Source: an uncultured bacterium
Lineage (GTDB): Bacteria; Fidelibacterota; Marinisomatia; SCGC-AAA003-L08; D37C17
Direction: 5' to 3'
Assembly (NCBI GenBank): GCA_964552145.1
Contig: CAZKFO010000003.1
Span: 1 to 36,203, forward strand
Length of the DNA: 36,203 bases
Shown: in pieces, positions 1-8,139 of the stretch
How the letters are laid out: each line of letters opens with the position of its first letter
Numbering within the stretch: position 1 is the first letter of the stretch
Position numbers and translations under genes: made by a program
Notes under the pieces: model-generated
What the model saw: only the letters and a program-made list of their open reading frames with translations
What the model was told of the DNA's origin: nothing
Database searches by the model: none

Positions 1-468
1 GAGTTTATTAATCAACGTGATGTTATTTTGTCTGTATATAATAATATGAATTGTGCAATTGAGCATAAAATTGGGACCATGATTGAATTACCTAGAGCCT
101 GTTTGGTTGCTGATCAAATTGCTGAATACGCTGATTTCTTTTCATTTGGAACAAATGACTTAACACAAACAACATTTGGATATTCGCGCGATGATGTGGG
201 TGGGTTTTTATTTGATTATCTTGATAAATCTTTACTTGGTAATGATCCATTTGAAAGTATTGATGTTAAAGGTGTCGGGAAGCTTGTGAAAATGGCTGTC
301 AAACTAGGTAGAGATAAAAATCCTGATTTAAAAATCGGAATTTGTGGGGAGCATGGCGGTGATCCAAAATCAATTGAATTTTTTAATCGCGCTGGGCTTG
401 ATTATGTAAGCTGCTCACCATTCAGGGTGCCTATCGCCCGCTTATCATCGGCACATTGTAATAAATAA
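1..468 (+). CDS. ppdK: Pyruvate, phosphate dikinase, C-terminal fragment (5' end outside the window)
   Basis: The frame is open from nt 1 (EFINQRDV...). The translation carries PEP-utilizer C-terminal motifs [30 protein letters not shown] and [14 protein letters not shown]. Confidence 0.85.
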   Translation, partial: EFINQRDVILSVYNNMNCAIEHKIGTMIELPRACLVADQIAEYADFFSFGTNDLTQTTFGYSRDDVGGFLFDYLDKSLLGNDPFESIDVKGVGKLVKMAVKLGRDKNPDLKIGICGEHGGDPKSIEFFNRAGLDYVSCSPFRVPIARLSSAHCNK

Positions 469-572
469 TATAATAGGGTCTTCAAAAAAACAGTGAAATC
501 ACCACTTTTTGAGAAAAACCAATAAATTTTGTATATTTAGAGGAATTGAGGATTAAAAATTGAGGAGAGAGA

Positions 573-2138
573 ATGTTTAAAAAATTAAATTTACTTATTA
601 TAATACTTTGCGTTGGGTTTGTTGTTGCAGAAGAATTAACACAAAATCAACAAAAAATCATACAAGAAAAAACTCTTGAAGAGTTTGCAAAAATTATTTT
701 TTCTAACGCGATGGAAGCTAAAAGAGCCTTCCAAGCAGCTCAAGTAAGAGAATTACCTATTGAAAACTTTGCCACTACCGCTCCAATATCTGATTTTATT
801 GCAAATGCAGACATATCAGAAGAACTTGCTGCTGGTGTAGAAAGTGCAACAATGTATGTTTCTACTGATAATCAAAGTACATGGCAATCAAACGCTGCAA
901 GTTTGCTTGGTACTGAAGGATATGAGACGACCTGGGCAAGCGCCATATCAACAAACGGTGGAGCCTCATCTTACTCATATCTTGCAGGGGAGGTTGACTC
1001 AGGAGTTTTGGGGGAAGAATTTGGAACTATTTTAGTTTCTAGTTCGCCTCATAATGTTAATGGAAATTGGCCCCCAGGAAATAATTTATATGCGACTCTT
1101 GCCAATGATCCATCTGGAGATGCTTCCTCAAGCTATGATATTACATCAATTCGCGGAACATATAAGGGTACTAATGCTGTAGATGGTGATGGAAATGAAT
1201 ACACTGATATTGAACGGTTTTATTTAAGCTTATCATTAAATGGTGGATGTTGTGATGAGGGGGGATTTTTTGGTCCATGGTATTTATATGGCATTGGAAT
1301 TGTGAATCCAGAATCTGAGGAAGCTGTTGCATATGCAATTGGATATGGTAATGGGGGCTTCGGTGAATTGTCACCTGGCTTACTTAAAATAAGTGGTGAT
1401 CTTGAAAGTGGTGAAATTGATGGGTTTGACTATATTACAACAAATATTGCATACAGCACTTCCGGTAATGATATGCAAGCAACAGCCCTTATGAGCTACA
1501 TAACTAATGATAGTCAGTGGGGCGTGTGGCCTAATTCATATAATGGATTTATTGTTTTGGGTGTAACGGTTGAGGCGGGGCTAGATGGACTTGATGTGGC
1601 AGCTGAAATTCTGGACCAAACTGATCCTGGATTATTTGTCTGTAATACCGTATTCCAAGAAGGTAATGTACCTCCTGTTTTATCAAATCCTTCATATGAT
1701 GATAATACTAAGGTTTTATCTGTTGATTATATAGATAGCAATGGTAATCTACCATGGTTAAAAATTGCAGAAATAGTAGAAGGAGATGTAGCGTTTACAT
1801 TAGATATGATTCCAAGCGACCATACATATGATGAAGGTGTAACATATTCAGCCAATGTTGATGGATTGGGTTTATCTGGAGAGAATGTGGTAGATTTTAT
1901 TTTCTCAGATGGCGATCAAAGTGCTTTGACTTTTGATTTTAATATAGGGGCGGGTGGCTGTTTAATTGGTGATGCAAATGGTGATACCTTGCTTAATGTT
2001 TTAGATGTTGTGTTGCTAGTTAACCTCGTTCTTGTGGCTGATTCTCCATATGATGAATGCTCTGATCTTAATGGAGATGGAACGCTTAACGTATTGGATG
2101 TCGTGCTGCTAGTGAATATTGTTTTAGGCAACGAATAA
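573..2138 (+). CDS. Secreted protein with a C-terminal dockerin-type tandem repeat; N-terminal domain unknown
   Basis: GGAG-type RBS (ttgaggagagagaATG). N-terminal signal peptide MFKKLNLLIIILCVGFVVA. The C-terminus has two EF-hand-like repeats, GDANGDTLLNVLDVVLLVNLVL and DLNGDGTLNVLDVVLLVNIVLG, typical of type I dockerins. Confidence 0.7.
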   Translation: MFKKLNLLIIILCVGFVVAEELTQNQQKIIQEKTLEEFAKIIFSNAMEAKRAFQAAQVRELPIENFATTAPISDFIANADISEELAAGVESATMYVSTDNQSTWQSNAASLLGTEGYETTWASAISTNGGASSYSYLAGEVDSGVLGEEFGTILVSSSPHNVNGNWPPGNNLYATLANDPSGDASSSYDITSIRGTYKGTNAVDGDGNEYTDIERFYLSLSLNGGCCDEGGFFGPWYLYGIGIVNPESEEAVAYAIGYGNGGFGELSPGLLKISGDLESGEIDGFDYITTNIAYSTSGNDMQATALMSYITNDSQWGVWPNSYNGFIVLGVTVEAGLDGLDVAAEILDQTDPGLFVCNTVFQEGNVPPVLSNPSYDDNTKVLSVDYIDSNGNLPWLKIAEIVEGDVAFTLDMIPSDHTYDEGVTYSANVDGLGLSGENVVDFIFSDGDQSALTFDFNIGAGGCLIGDANGDTLLNVLDVVLLVNLVLVADSPYDECSDLNGDGTLNVLDVVLLVNIVLGNE

Positions 2139-2164
2139 ATACATAAAAGATATTATAAGATAAT

Positions 2165-2197
2165 AAAAAAACCCAAGTGATAACGCTTGGGTTTTTT
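2165..2197. terminator. Bidirectional rho-independent terminator between convergent genes
   Basis: 8-bp stem aacccaag (2170-2177) pairs with cttgggtt (2186-2193) around an 8-nt loop. An A-run lies on the left and a T-run on the right. It sits between the stops of 573..2138 (+) and 2226..3161 (-). Confidence 0.75.
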
Positions 2198-2225
2198 ATA
2201 TAGAATAAAATTATAGAAATCTAAA

Positions 2226-3161
2226 CTATTCAATCATTTCATCATTAACGCCTGATAAAATATCTTCTATTCTAATTTCACCAGATTGTGTCATTGATGT
2301 TGCAACCTCTACAACTAATTTTCGTGCACTCATAACATCTTTCTTCTTCATTGGGTTCTCAATTGGAGTATACATCGCCTGTTTCTTTTTAGGAAGCATT
2401 TCAAGAATGGAAGGAACCAATTCTCCATCTACACCCTTTAATGCTTTTGCCAAAACATCTAAATCAATGTCAGGATTAGCCCAAAAATCTGCTGCAATAT
2501 CTTCATTCATAGATAATAAATCATCAAAAGTAAGTAAATATTTTTTTACCTCAGCATAGGTTTCAGGGTCATCATTCATGAGTTGATTAAGATAGCTATT
2601 TGCTTCATCTTCACTCATGGTATTTAAGATGTCTGCTATTTTCTTGCCTCCACCCCTTGAAAATTCTTTGGGCTCTGGCAAGAAGGATGCCTTTTTTTCT
2701 AGTTCTTTTGCAATATTAACCACCATTTCTAAAGGAATGGATTTTAGGCCTCCAAGCTCTTTGATGACTAAATTTTTCATTTCTGATGATAGCTTATTTA
2801 AAAATAAATTTCTCTGTGAATGATCTACTTGGTCAATCGCTAATGCAATAACTGTTTCTTTTTCTGTTTTTAGTAGATAGTGTAACTGTTCATCAGTTAA
2901 ATCATCTAAAAAGTTAAATAAACGAATGGATGATGGTTTACTTTGTTGATATTTATCGGTCATCATTTTGAAATAAAATTCTTCTAATACTATCTTCTTA
3001 AGTGAAACAGGAAGATCTGTAAGTTCTTTAGATCGAATTCTAATTTTTATAATTGCTTCCTCTGGTAAATCCGTAAAAAAGGAAAGGGCTAGCGATTCAC
3101 CATAAACCTGAAATATTATGGCTGCTTTATCTAAACCAGATAAATTTTCATACGTAGTCAT
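2226..3161 (-). CDS. fliG: FliG-like rotor/switch protein (divergent)
   Basis: 311 aa, the length of FliG. The N-terminus LSGLDKAAIIFQVYGESLALSFFTDLPEEAI matches the FliG_N signature (LsG.eKAAilL..lGe..a..v...L..ee). The C-terminus ALKGVDGEL...MLPKKK...SARKLVVEVATSMTQSGEIRI matches the FliG_C layout. It starts 2 nt after the upstream membrane-protein gene. Confidence 0.65.
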   Translation of the reverse strand: MTTYENLSGLDKAAIIFQVYGESLALSFFTDLPEEAIIKIRIRSKELTDLPVSLKKIVLEEFYFKMMTDKYQQSKPSSIRLFNFLDDLTDEQLHYLLKTEKETVIALAIDQVDHSQRNLFLNKLSSEMKNLVIKELGGLKSIPLEMVVNIAKELEKKASFLPEPKEFSRGGGKKIADILNTMSEDEANSYLNQLMNDDPETYAEVKKYLLTFDDLLSMNEDIAADFWANPDIDLDVLAKALKGVDGELVPSILEMLPKKKQAMYTPIENPMKKKDVMSARKLVVEVATSMTQSGEIRIEDILSGVNDEMIE

Positions 3162-3163
3162 AT

Positions 3164-4483
3164 TTATTCTTCCTTCTCTGAATTATTATCATCATTGTCA
3201 CCTGCAATGCCTTCATCTAGCCAATCACTAATAATCTGACTTGCACCTTCTTTTTGCCCAGCACTCATTGTAACAGCTGATTGACGTAAAGAGCGTACTT
3301 CAGATTTTAGCACATCTTGATTCTCTCCGCTTGTAGTTGGAGGGGTGGCGTAGGATGGGGTGGTTTGAGGATCAGGATCTTTGGGTTTTAAATAAACCAC
3401 CTTTTTCTTTCCAAATTTTAATAAAAGAAAACCTGTTAATACACTAACAAAAAATATGATTAATATTATAGCAAACATAGGAATAGAAGACTCACCATTA
3501 AATGATTCAGCTTCTATATTATTATTTTCAGAACCACCTGTTTCTATTAAAGAAAATAAACGCCCCTCTGTATCTTTTGCAGCATCCAATCTTGCTTGAA
3601 TTGACAGCTCATAATCTGATGTCACATTTTCTAAAAGCTGACTTTGTTTTTGTCTATATTCTTTTTCTATTTCCATTAAATTAACATACCTAAGAGAGTC
3701 TAAATTTCTGTCTAATTCTTTCCTTCGTGCTTCTTGGTCTTCCCAAAATTCACGAGCACTAGTAGCCTCATCAAGCTGTCGCTCTAAAAGTTGTTTTTCT
3801 TTGCCATCCATTTCTTTCATATTGTTGAGCTCTTCACGTAATGCTGCTGTTTCCTGCTGAAAAACTGACCATTTAATGGAATCTTTTAGGGCTTCATATT
3901 CAGATACTGTTGATTTAATCACTGCGGTAATAGAATCAAGTTCACTGTTTTGTGTTTTATAACTATTCTTTAAAGGCATTTTATCTAGAACAAAACAATC
4001 AAAACAATTTCTAATTGCTTCAATATTAGTGTTTACAAAGTTGGTGATTGCTTCTCGGGATTCTACATTGTAAATGTTCTCTGATAGATATACCGAAATA
4101 CGGAGGCCGGTCATAATATAATTATCATCTGAATCATCCTTCGCATGACCATTCGAACTGTTTTTTCTTGTTGGGCTACCAGGAAGTGTGGGTAATCCCT
4201 CTAAGCCTAATCCTTCAAAAGGTGAGTAGCTAAATGGATCAACTGTCTCCTTTTTTGAACTTTCTTTTTCTTCTTCTTTTAATTCAACTGCTGTTTTGTT
4301 TTGTAGTTGTACATCCGTATAAACGTAATAATCTACAGGATCATATAGCTTGTTTAAAAAGTTAATGAGCTTTGCGCTATATACTTTTTCTAGCTCAACT
4401 TGCTTTAAAAAAATCTTTGCATCTTGACTAAAGCCTAGCTGCAATGATAAGGTTGCGATTAAGATAATTAAATGTTTTTTCAT
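3164..4483 (-). CDS. Bitopic membrane protein, candidate FliF/YscJ-like ring protein with a periplasmic coiled coil
   Basis: Signal/anchor MKKHLIILIATLSLQLGFS. Two alpha-beta stretches resemble ring-building motifs (LEKVYSAKLINFLNKL..YYVYTDVQL and LRISVYL..REAITNFVNTNIEAI). A heptad-rich segment of roughly 140 aa follows, then a TM helix IPMFAIILIIFFVSVLTGFLLL. The cytoplasmic tail of about 75 aa contains GASQIISDWLDEG, which resembles the FliG-binding C-tail of FliF. Its position directly upstream of the fliG-like gene matches fliF-fliG synteny. Confidence 0.35.
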   Translation of the reverse strand: MKKHLIILIATLSLQLGFSQDAKIFLKQVELEKVYSAKLINFLNKLYDPVDYYVYTDVQLQNKTAVELKEEEKESSKKETVDPFSYSPFEGLGLEGLPTLPGSPTRKNSSNGHAKDDSDDNYIMTGLRISVYLSENIYNVESREAITNFVNTNIEAIRNCFDCFVLDKMPLKNSYKTQNSELDSITAVIKSTVSEYEALKDSIKWSVFQQETAALREELNNMKEMDGKEKQLLERQLDEATSAREFWEDQEARRKELDRNLDSLRYVNLMEIEKEYRQKQSQLLENVTSDYELSIQARLDAAKDTEGRLFSLIETGGSENNNIEAESFNGESSIPMFAIILIIFFVSVLTGFLLLKFGKKKVVYLKPKDPDPQTTPSYATPPTTSGENQDVLKSEVRSLRQSAVTMSAGQKEGASQIISDWLDEGIAGDNDDNNSEKEE

Positions 4484-4501
4484 GCAGACTCCTATAATAC
4501 C

Positions 4502-5239
4502 CTATTTTACACCAAATATTATTTTTATTCTTCTATTTTTTGTTTGTTGTTCTCGTCCATCGTTCATAGATGATATATAATTATCATCTACTTTTCCAGA
4601 TCTTACCTCTGACCATGTGGCACCTGAGGGCCACCTATCAGCATATCCTGATGCTGTGAGTCGACCAGACATAACACCTTTATAAATTAAATAATTAACT
4701 ACATTAGCTGCCCGAGCTGATGATAGTTCCCAGTTCGAAGGATATCGCTTGGCTATTTTACCAACAGGTGGAACATTGTCCGTGTGTCCTTCTACTAAAA
4801 TACTTCGCAAATCATTTGCATTAGACATTAAGCTTTCAACAGCGCTGTCTAGTGCAACTTTTAAATCATCCTTAAGAGTAACAGAGCCCGATCCAAAACA
4901 AATTGATCCATCAAGTTCTAATGCAACACCTCGTGGGTCTTGCGACACTTTTGCTTTGTCCTCTAAGTCCATGTCTTCAATTAATTCTTCTAATTCTTGC
5001 TTGATTTGGGACTGATCCTTTAAAGGTTCATGGGGCATTTCTTGGTCTGTTGATCCGCCTAATTTAGTAGCCTGTGAATTAGCAAAAGCTGCATATTTAA
5101 CAGGGTCTGGTGTAGACATTGAATACAATAACACAAAAAATGCAAATAATAAGGTCATCATGTCTGCAAAGGTTTGCATCCATATTGGTAAACCCTCTTC
5201 AACATTATTATTATTTCTATTTTTCTTCTTAGAAGCCAT
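4502..5239 (-). CDS. motB: Flagellar-type stator protein MotB (OmpA-like peptidoglycan-binding domain)
   Basis: N-terminus LPIWMQTFADMMTLLFAFFVLLYSMS has a single TM helix with the conserved Asp (D26). The C-terminal OmpA-like motifs are ILVEGHTDNVP and NWELSSARAANVVNYL. It lies 1 nt downstream of motA. Confidence 0.85.
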   Translation of the reverse strand: MASKKKNRNNNNVEEGLPIWMQTFADMMTLLFAFFVLLYSMSTPDPVKYAAFANSQATKLGGSTDQEMPHEPLKDQSQIKQELEELIEDMDLEDKAKVSQDPRGVALELDGSICFGSGSVTLKDDLKVALDSAVESLMSNANDLRSILVEGHTDNVPPVGKIAKRYPSNWELSSARAANVVNYLIYKGVMSGRLTASGYADRWPSGATWSEVRSGKVDDNYISSMNDGREQQTKNRRIKIIFGVK

Positions 5240-5240
5240 A

Positions 5241-6038
5241 TTATTCTTCGTCTGTTTTCCTCATTGCTGGTGGAAGATATGCATTTAATCTTTCACGAAT
5301 TTCGATTGGGTGTTTCTTTAATGCCACTAAAATCATACCTTCAGTCATCAATGCACTTTCAACTTTCTTTTGTTCATTTTTACCTTTTAGTTTGTCTGCA
5401 AATGGTAAAAATAAAAAGTTGGCAGCAAACGCACCATACAGAGTAGTAATCAAAGCCACCGCCATAGCACCACCAATATCATCGCCGCCGCTTCCCATGC
5501 CTGCAAGCATATAAATTAACCCTATCAGGGTTCCTATCATTCCAAAGGCTGGGGCATAGGTTCCAAGAGTTTTCATAATATTGACATCTTCACTCTCTCT
5601 TAAATCACGGTAATACTCCGTATTCTCTAAAATGGTTTCTATATCTTCAGGTTTCGTTCCCCCAAGTATTAAACCACACCCATCTTTTACCATATGCATA
5701 CGAAAGGGCATGGATTCTGGTGAACCATCTAACGCGCTTTCTAGGTCTTTTCTGCTTTTTCTGTATGCCTCTGAAAGATTACAAATGTCATCTACTACGT
5801 GACCCAGTGTAAAATTATCATCTTGAAAAATCATTTTTAATAATTTAAAGATATGTAATACTTGTGACATCTTAAATGCAATTGCTGTTGCTGCTAAAGA
5901 ACCACCAAAAACAATTAAAATAGATACTTCATCCCACAAAGATCCAATTGGAACTTTGTTGTTTTCTGCGCCAAGATAGGCTGCAACGCCCATAAGTGCT
6001 GACCCGACTATTAAACCTATAATTGTTCCAAAATTCAT
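5241..6038 (-). CDS. motA: Flagellar-type stator protein MotA/PomA (4-TM, large cytoplasmic loop)
   Basis: Two N-terminal TM helices are followed by a loop of about 100 aa. TM3 reads YAPAFGMIGTLIGLI and TM4 reads VALITTLYGAFAANFLFLPFADKL, with both conserved prolines. The C-terminal MILVALKKHPIEIRERL resembles the MotA tail. Confidence 0.85.
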   Translation of the reverse strand: MNFGTIIGLIVGSALMGVAAYLGAENNKVPIGSLWDEVSILIVFGGSLAATAIAFKMSQVLHIFKLLKMIFQDDNFTLGHVVDDICNLSEAYRKSRKDLESALDGSPESMPFRMHMVKDGCGLILGGTKPEDIETILENTEYYRDLRESEDVNIMKTLGTYAPAFGMIGTLIGLIYMLAGMGSGGDDIGGAMAVALITTLYGAFAANFLFLPFADKLKGKNEQKKVESALMTEGMILVALKKHPIEIRERLNAYLPPAMRKTDEE

Positions 6039-6050
6039 ATTTTATCCTCT

Positions 6051-7463
6051 TTATTTTGTATCTAATTCTGCGGGTTTAAGCTGATTCTTTTTATCTAAAA
6101 GATCTCGCACCTCATCATATTCTGGATCTAATTTTAATGCAATGTTCCAATTAATAGATGCTTTCTGCCTCTCTCCCATACTATAAAAAATTGATCCTTT
6201 ACGAGCATAAGCAATTGATAAATTTGGGTTGATTTCTAGCGCTTTATCAATTTCAATTAATGCTTTATCTAATTCTTGATTGTAATAATATCTCAAAGAT
6301 CGGGCTATATGCCTACTTGCCCTATTAAAGTTTTTAATATCTAAAGCTTGTTGATTATGATGGTAAGATAGAGAGTCTTCTAAGCTTGAAATGTTATGTA
6401 AAAACATAGAATTCTCAATTTCAAGGTTTTCAACAGCAAATGTTAAAAATCTAATGGAATCAGCAATCGCATTATATTTACTATCTGAATCTTGCACCTT
6501 CATATTAAGTGAGTCCATTAACTGAGTAACAGCTTGATGCGTATAAAGAGCCTCGTTTAAATCTTGATTTGTATTACTATCTAAATAGGGATTAACAACT
6601 TTTGACGTGATTTTAGGAGCTCTTTTAGGAACATTCATTTCAAAACCAAAGCATAAAGTTGCTGCATCAGATAAAATAAATTCATTATCATTACCAATTT
6701 TAGAGCGCATGCCAAAATCACCCATGTCGCTAAAATGTACAACCCCCATTGATAATAAATATTCATCTGTTAATGGAATGCGCATACCTAAATTAATACC
6801 TGTTCCATCGTATTCAAATAACAGGCGAATACGGTTTTTTAATCGACGCACTTCTGGAGTTAATAGATTTAATCCAATATATGGCTTCACAATAAACTCT
6901 TCATTGGAAATTAATTCTGATGATGCAACCTGTTTGTCATAACCTATTTTTCCAGTACCAAATCCATAATTCAACATCATAGAATATTTTTCAAAATCTT
7001 TTTCACTGGAAAATAGTGCAAAAAATGATGGGTTTTGTAAGCTTGAGGTGTCATCAACCTGCCGGGCCAAAATATCATTAACACCCACATCAATATTAAT
7101 GTTTCCAACAGAATATACTCGTTTTTGGACATGCAGACCAATTTCAGTTGGCAAGGTATAATCTAAATCAGAATCTATATCGTTTTTTGTTCGAGGGTCT
7201 GATAGGTATGTATAAGAAAATCCTAAATAATAATTATCATTAATATTTGCCTGTAAATAAATTGATGAACTGGCGCTCTTGAGGTCCATATTAACAACCT
7301 CACTAGAAAACCCAACAGAGAACAGTGTTGGGCGACTTGTATCTTGCTCCATCATTGCTCCAGGTGTTCGCAATGTTGATCCTGGTCTTGAAAATGCAAC
7401 CCGTGAATTTGATAGCAAAGTAGATAATAAAATAATAAATAGTAAATAGCGTTTAATTTTCAT
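6051..7463 (-). CDS. Secreted protein: N-terminal beta-rich (outer-membrane-barrel-like) domain, coiled coil and C-terminal TPR repeats
   Basis: Signal peptide MKIKRYLLFIILLSTLLSNSRVAFS. Alternating aromatic/hydrophobic beta-strand patterns occur (YYLGFSYTYL, NINIDVGVN, YSMMLNYGFGTG). The C-terminal TPR-like sequence is ALEINPNLSIAYARKGSIFYSMGERQKASINWNIALKLDPEY. Confidence 0.5.
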   Translation of the reverse strand: MKIKRYLLFIILLSTLLSNSRVAFSRPGSTLRTPGAMMEQDTSRPTLFSVGFSSEVVNMDLKSASSSIYLQANINDNYYLGFSYTYLSDPRTKNDIDSDLDYTLPTEIGLHVQKRVYSVGNINIDVGVNDILARQVDDTSSLQNPSFFALFSSEKDFEKYSMMLNYGFGTGKIGYDKQVASSELISNEEFIVKPYIGLNLLTPEVRRLKNRIRLLFEYDGTGINLGMRIPLTDEYLLSMGVVHFSDMGDFGMRSKIGNDNEFILSDAATLCFGFEMNVPKRAPKITSKVVNPYLDSNTNQDLNEALYTHQAVTQLMDSLNMKVQDSDSKYNAIADSIRFLTFAVENLEIENSMFLHNISSLEDSLSYHHNQQALDIKNFNRASRHIARSLRYYYNQELDKALIEIDKALEINPNLSIAYARKGSIFYSMGERQKASINWNIALKLDPEYDEVRDLLDKKNQLKPAELDTK

Positions 7464-8139
7464 TTGTCATCTCAATTGTTTTTTTATCATATTGCACATA
7501 GGGCAATAAATCACTATCGCTATAATTAGAAATAAATAACGTTATGTTTTCTAAAGCTTCATTGGTCTGTTTTAATTGAACCAAAGCCTTGATTTTGTAA
7601 AATAATAAAATATCTGTTAGTTGGTTATTATCAATAGAATCAAGGTGGCTTAGTGTCTCCTTGTGTTTTTTTGTATAATATAGATTTTGAACATACATCT
7701 CTTCTAGCTCTATGTCATTTTTTATATTTGTTTGTAATATACTGTGTAAGCTTAAAAACTTCCAGTATTCCTTATTTAAAAAGGAATTTTTAAGTATATG
7801 AATTTTATAATCAAGAGATAGGTGCTCTAATAGTTTATCATATGTTTTTGTAATATTAAAATCATTCTTAAGGGGGTTTTTAAACTCATATACAGTTGGA
7901 GCAATAAAGTTATCAGAGTACAGGGCTTTAATATCTTTTTGTCTTGCTGAGGGTTTTGTCTCTAAGGCATCAATATTAAGTTCTTTTTGGTATGTTTCCG
8001 TATTATTTGTTTTGATTACAACTCCCAAATCCCACAACACGTGTTCTGCTGCATATAGATTCATTAGCATGCAGAGTGTTATGCCTAATTTAATGTTGGC
8101 CAATAGTAGATAATTAATCATCATACTGTTCCCAATCAA
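7453..8139 (-). CDS. Hypothetical secreted/periplasmic helical protein (operon member)
   Basis: Hydrophobic N-terminus (NYLLLANIKLGITLCMLMNLYAA). I recognised no family. It overlaps the upstream gene by 26 nt and the downstream gene by 11 nt, which indicates co-translation with the mot genes. Confidence 0.4.
   Translation of the reverse strand: MIGNSMMINYLLLANIKLGITLCMLMNLYAAEHVLWDLGVVIKTNNTETYQKELNIDALETKPSARQKDIKALYSDNFIAPTVYEFKNPLKNDFNITKTYDKLLEHLSLDYKIHILKNSFLNKEYWKFLSLHSILQTNIKNDIELEEMYVQNLYYTKKHKETLSHLDSIDNNQLTDILLFYKIKALVQLKQTNEALENITLFISNYSDSDLLPYVQYDKKTIEMTNEN

Noticed and set aside
469-572. A weak A/T hairpin (caaaaa...tttttg) after ppdK as a terminator.
   Set aside because: The stem is almost entirely A-T with a long loop, which is not convincing as an intrinsic terminator.
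4502-6038. An alternative reading of the stator pair as TolQR or ExbBD.
   Set aside because: The 265-aa protein has four TM helices, with a loop of about 100 aa between TM2 and TM3, and a MotA-type C-tail. Its partner has an OmpA-like peptidoglycan-binding domain, which TolR and ExbD lack. No TolA, TolB, Pal or TonB gene is adjacent. This cannot be fully excluded without HMMs.
6607-6942. Plus-strand ORFs inside the operon (6607..6942, 4749..5015, 8871..9179, 3502..3684).
   Set aside because: They are antisense to better-supported genes and have no recognisable motifs. These are typical chance ORFs in AT-rich DNA.
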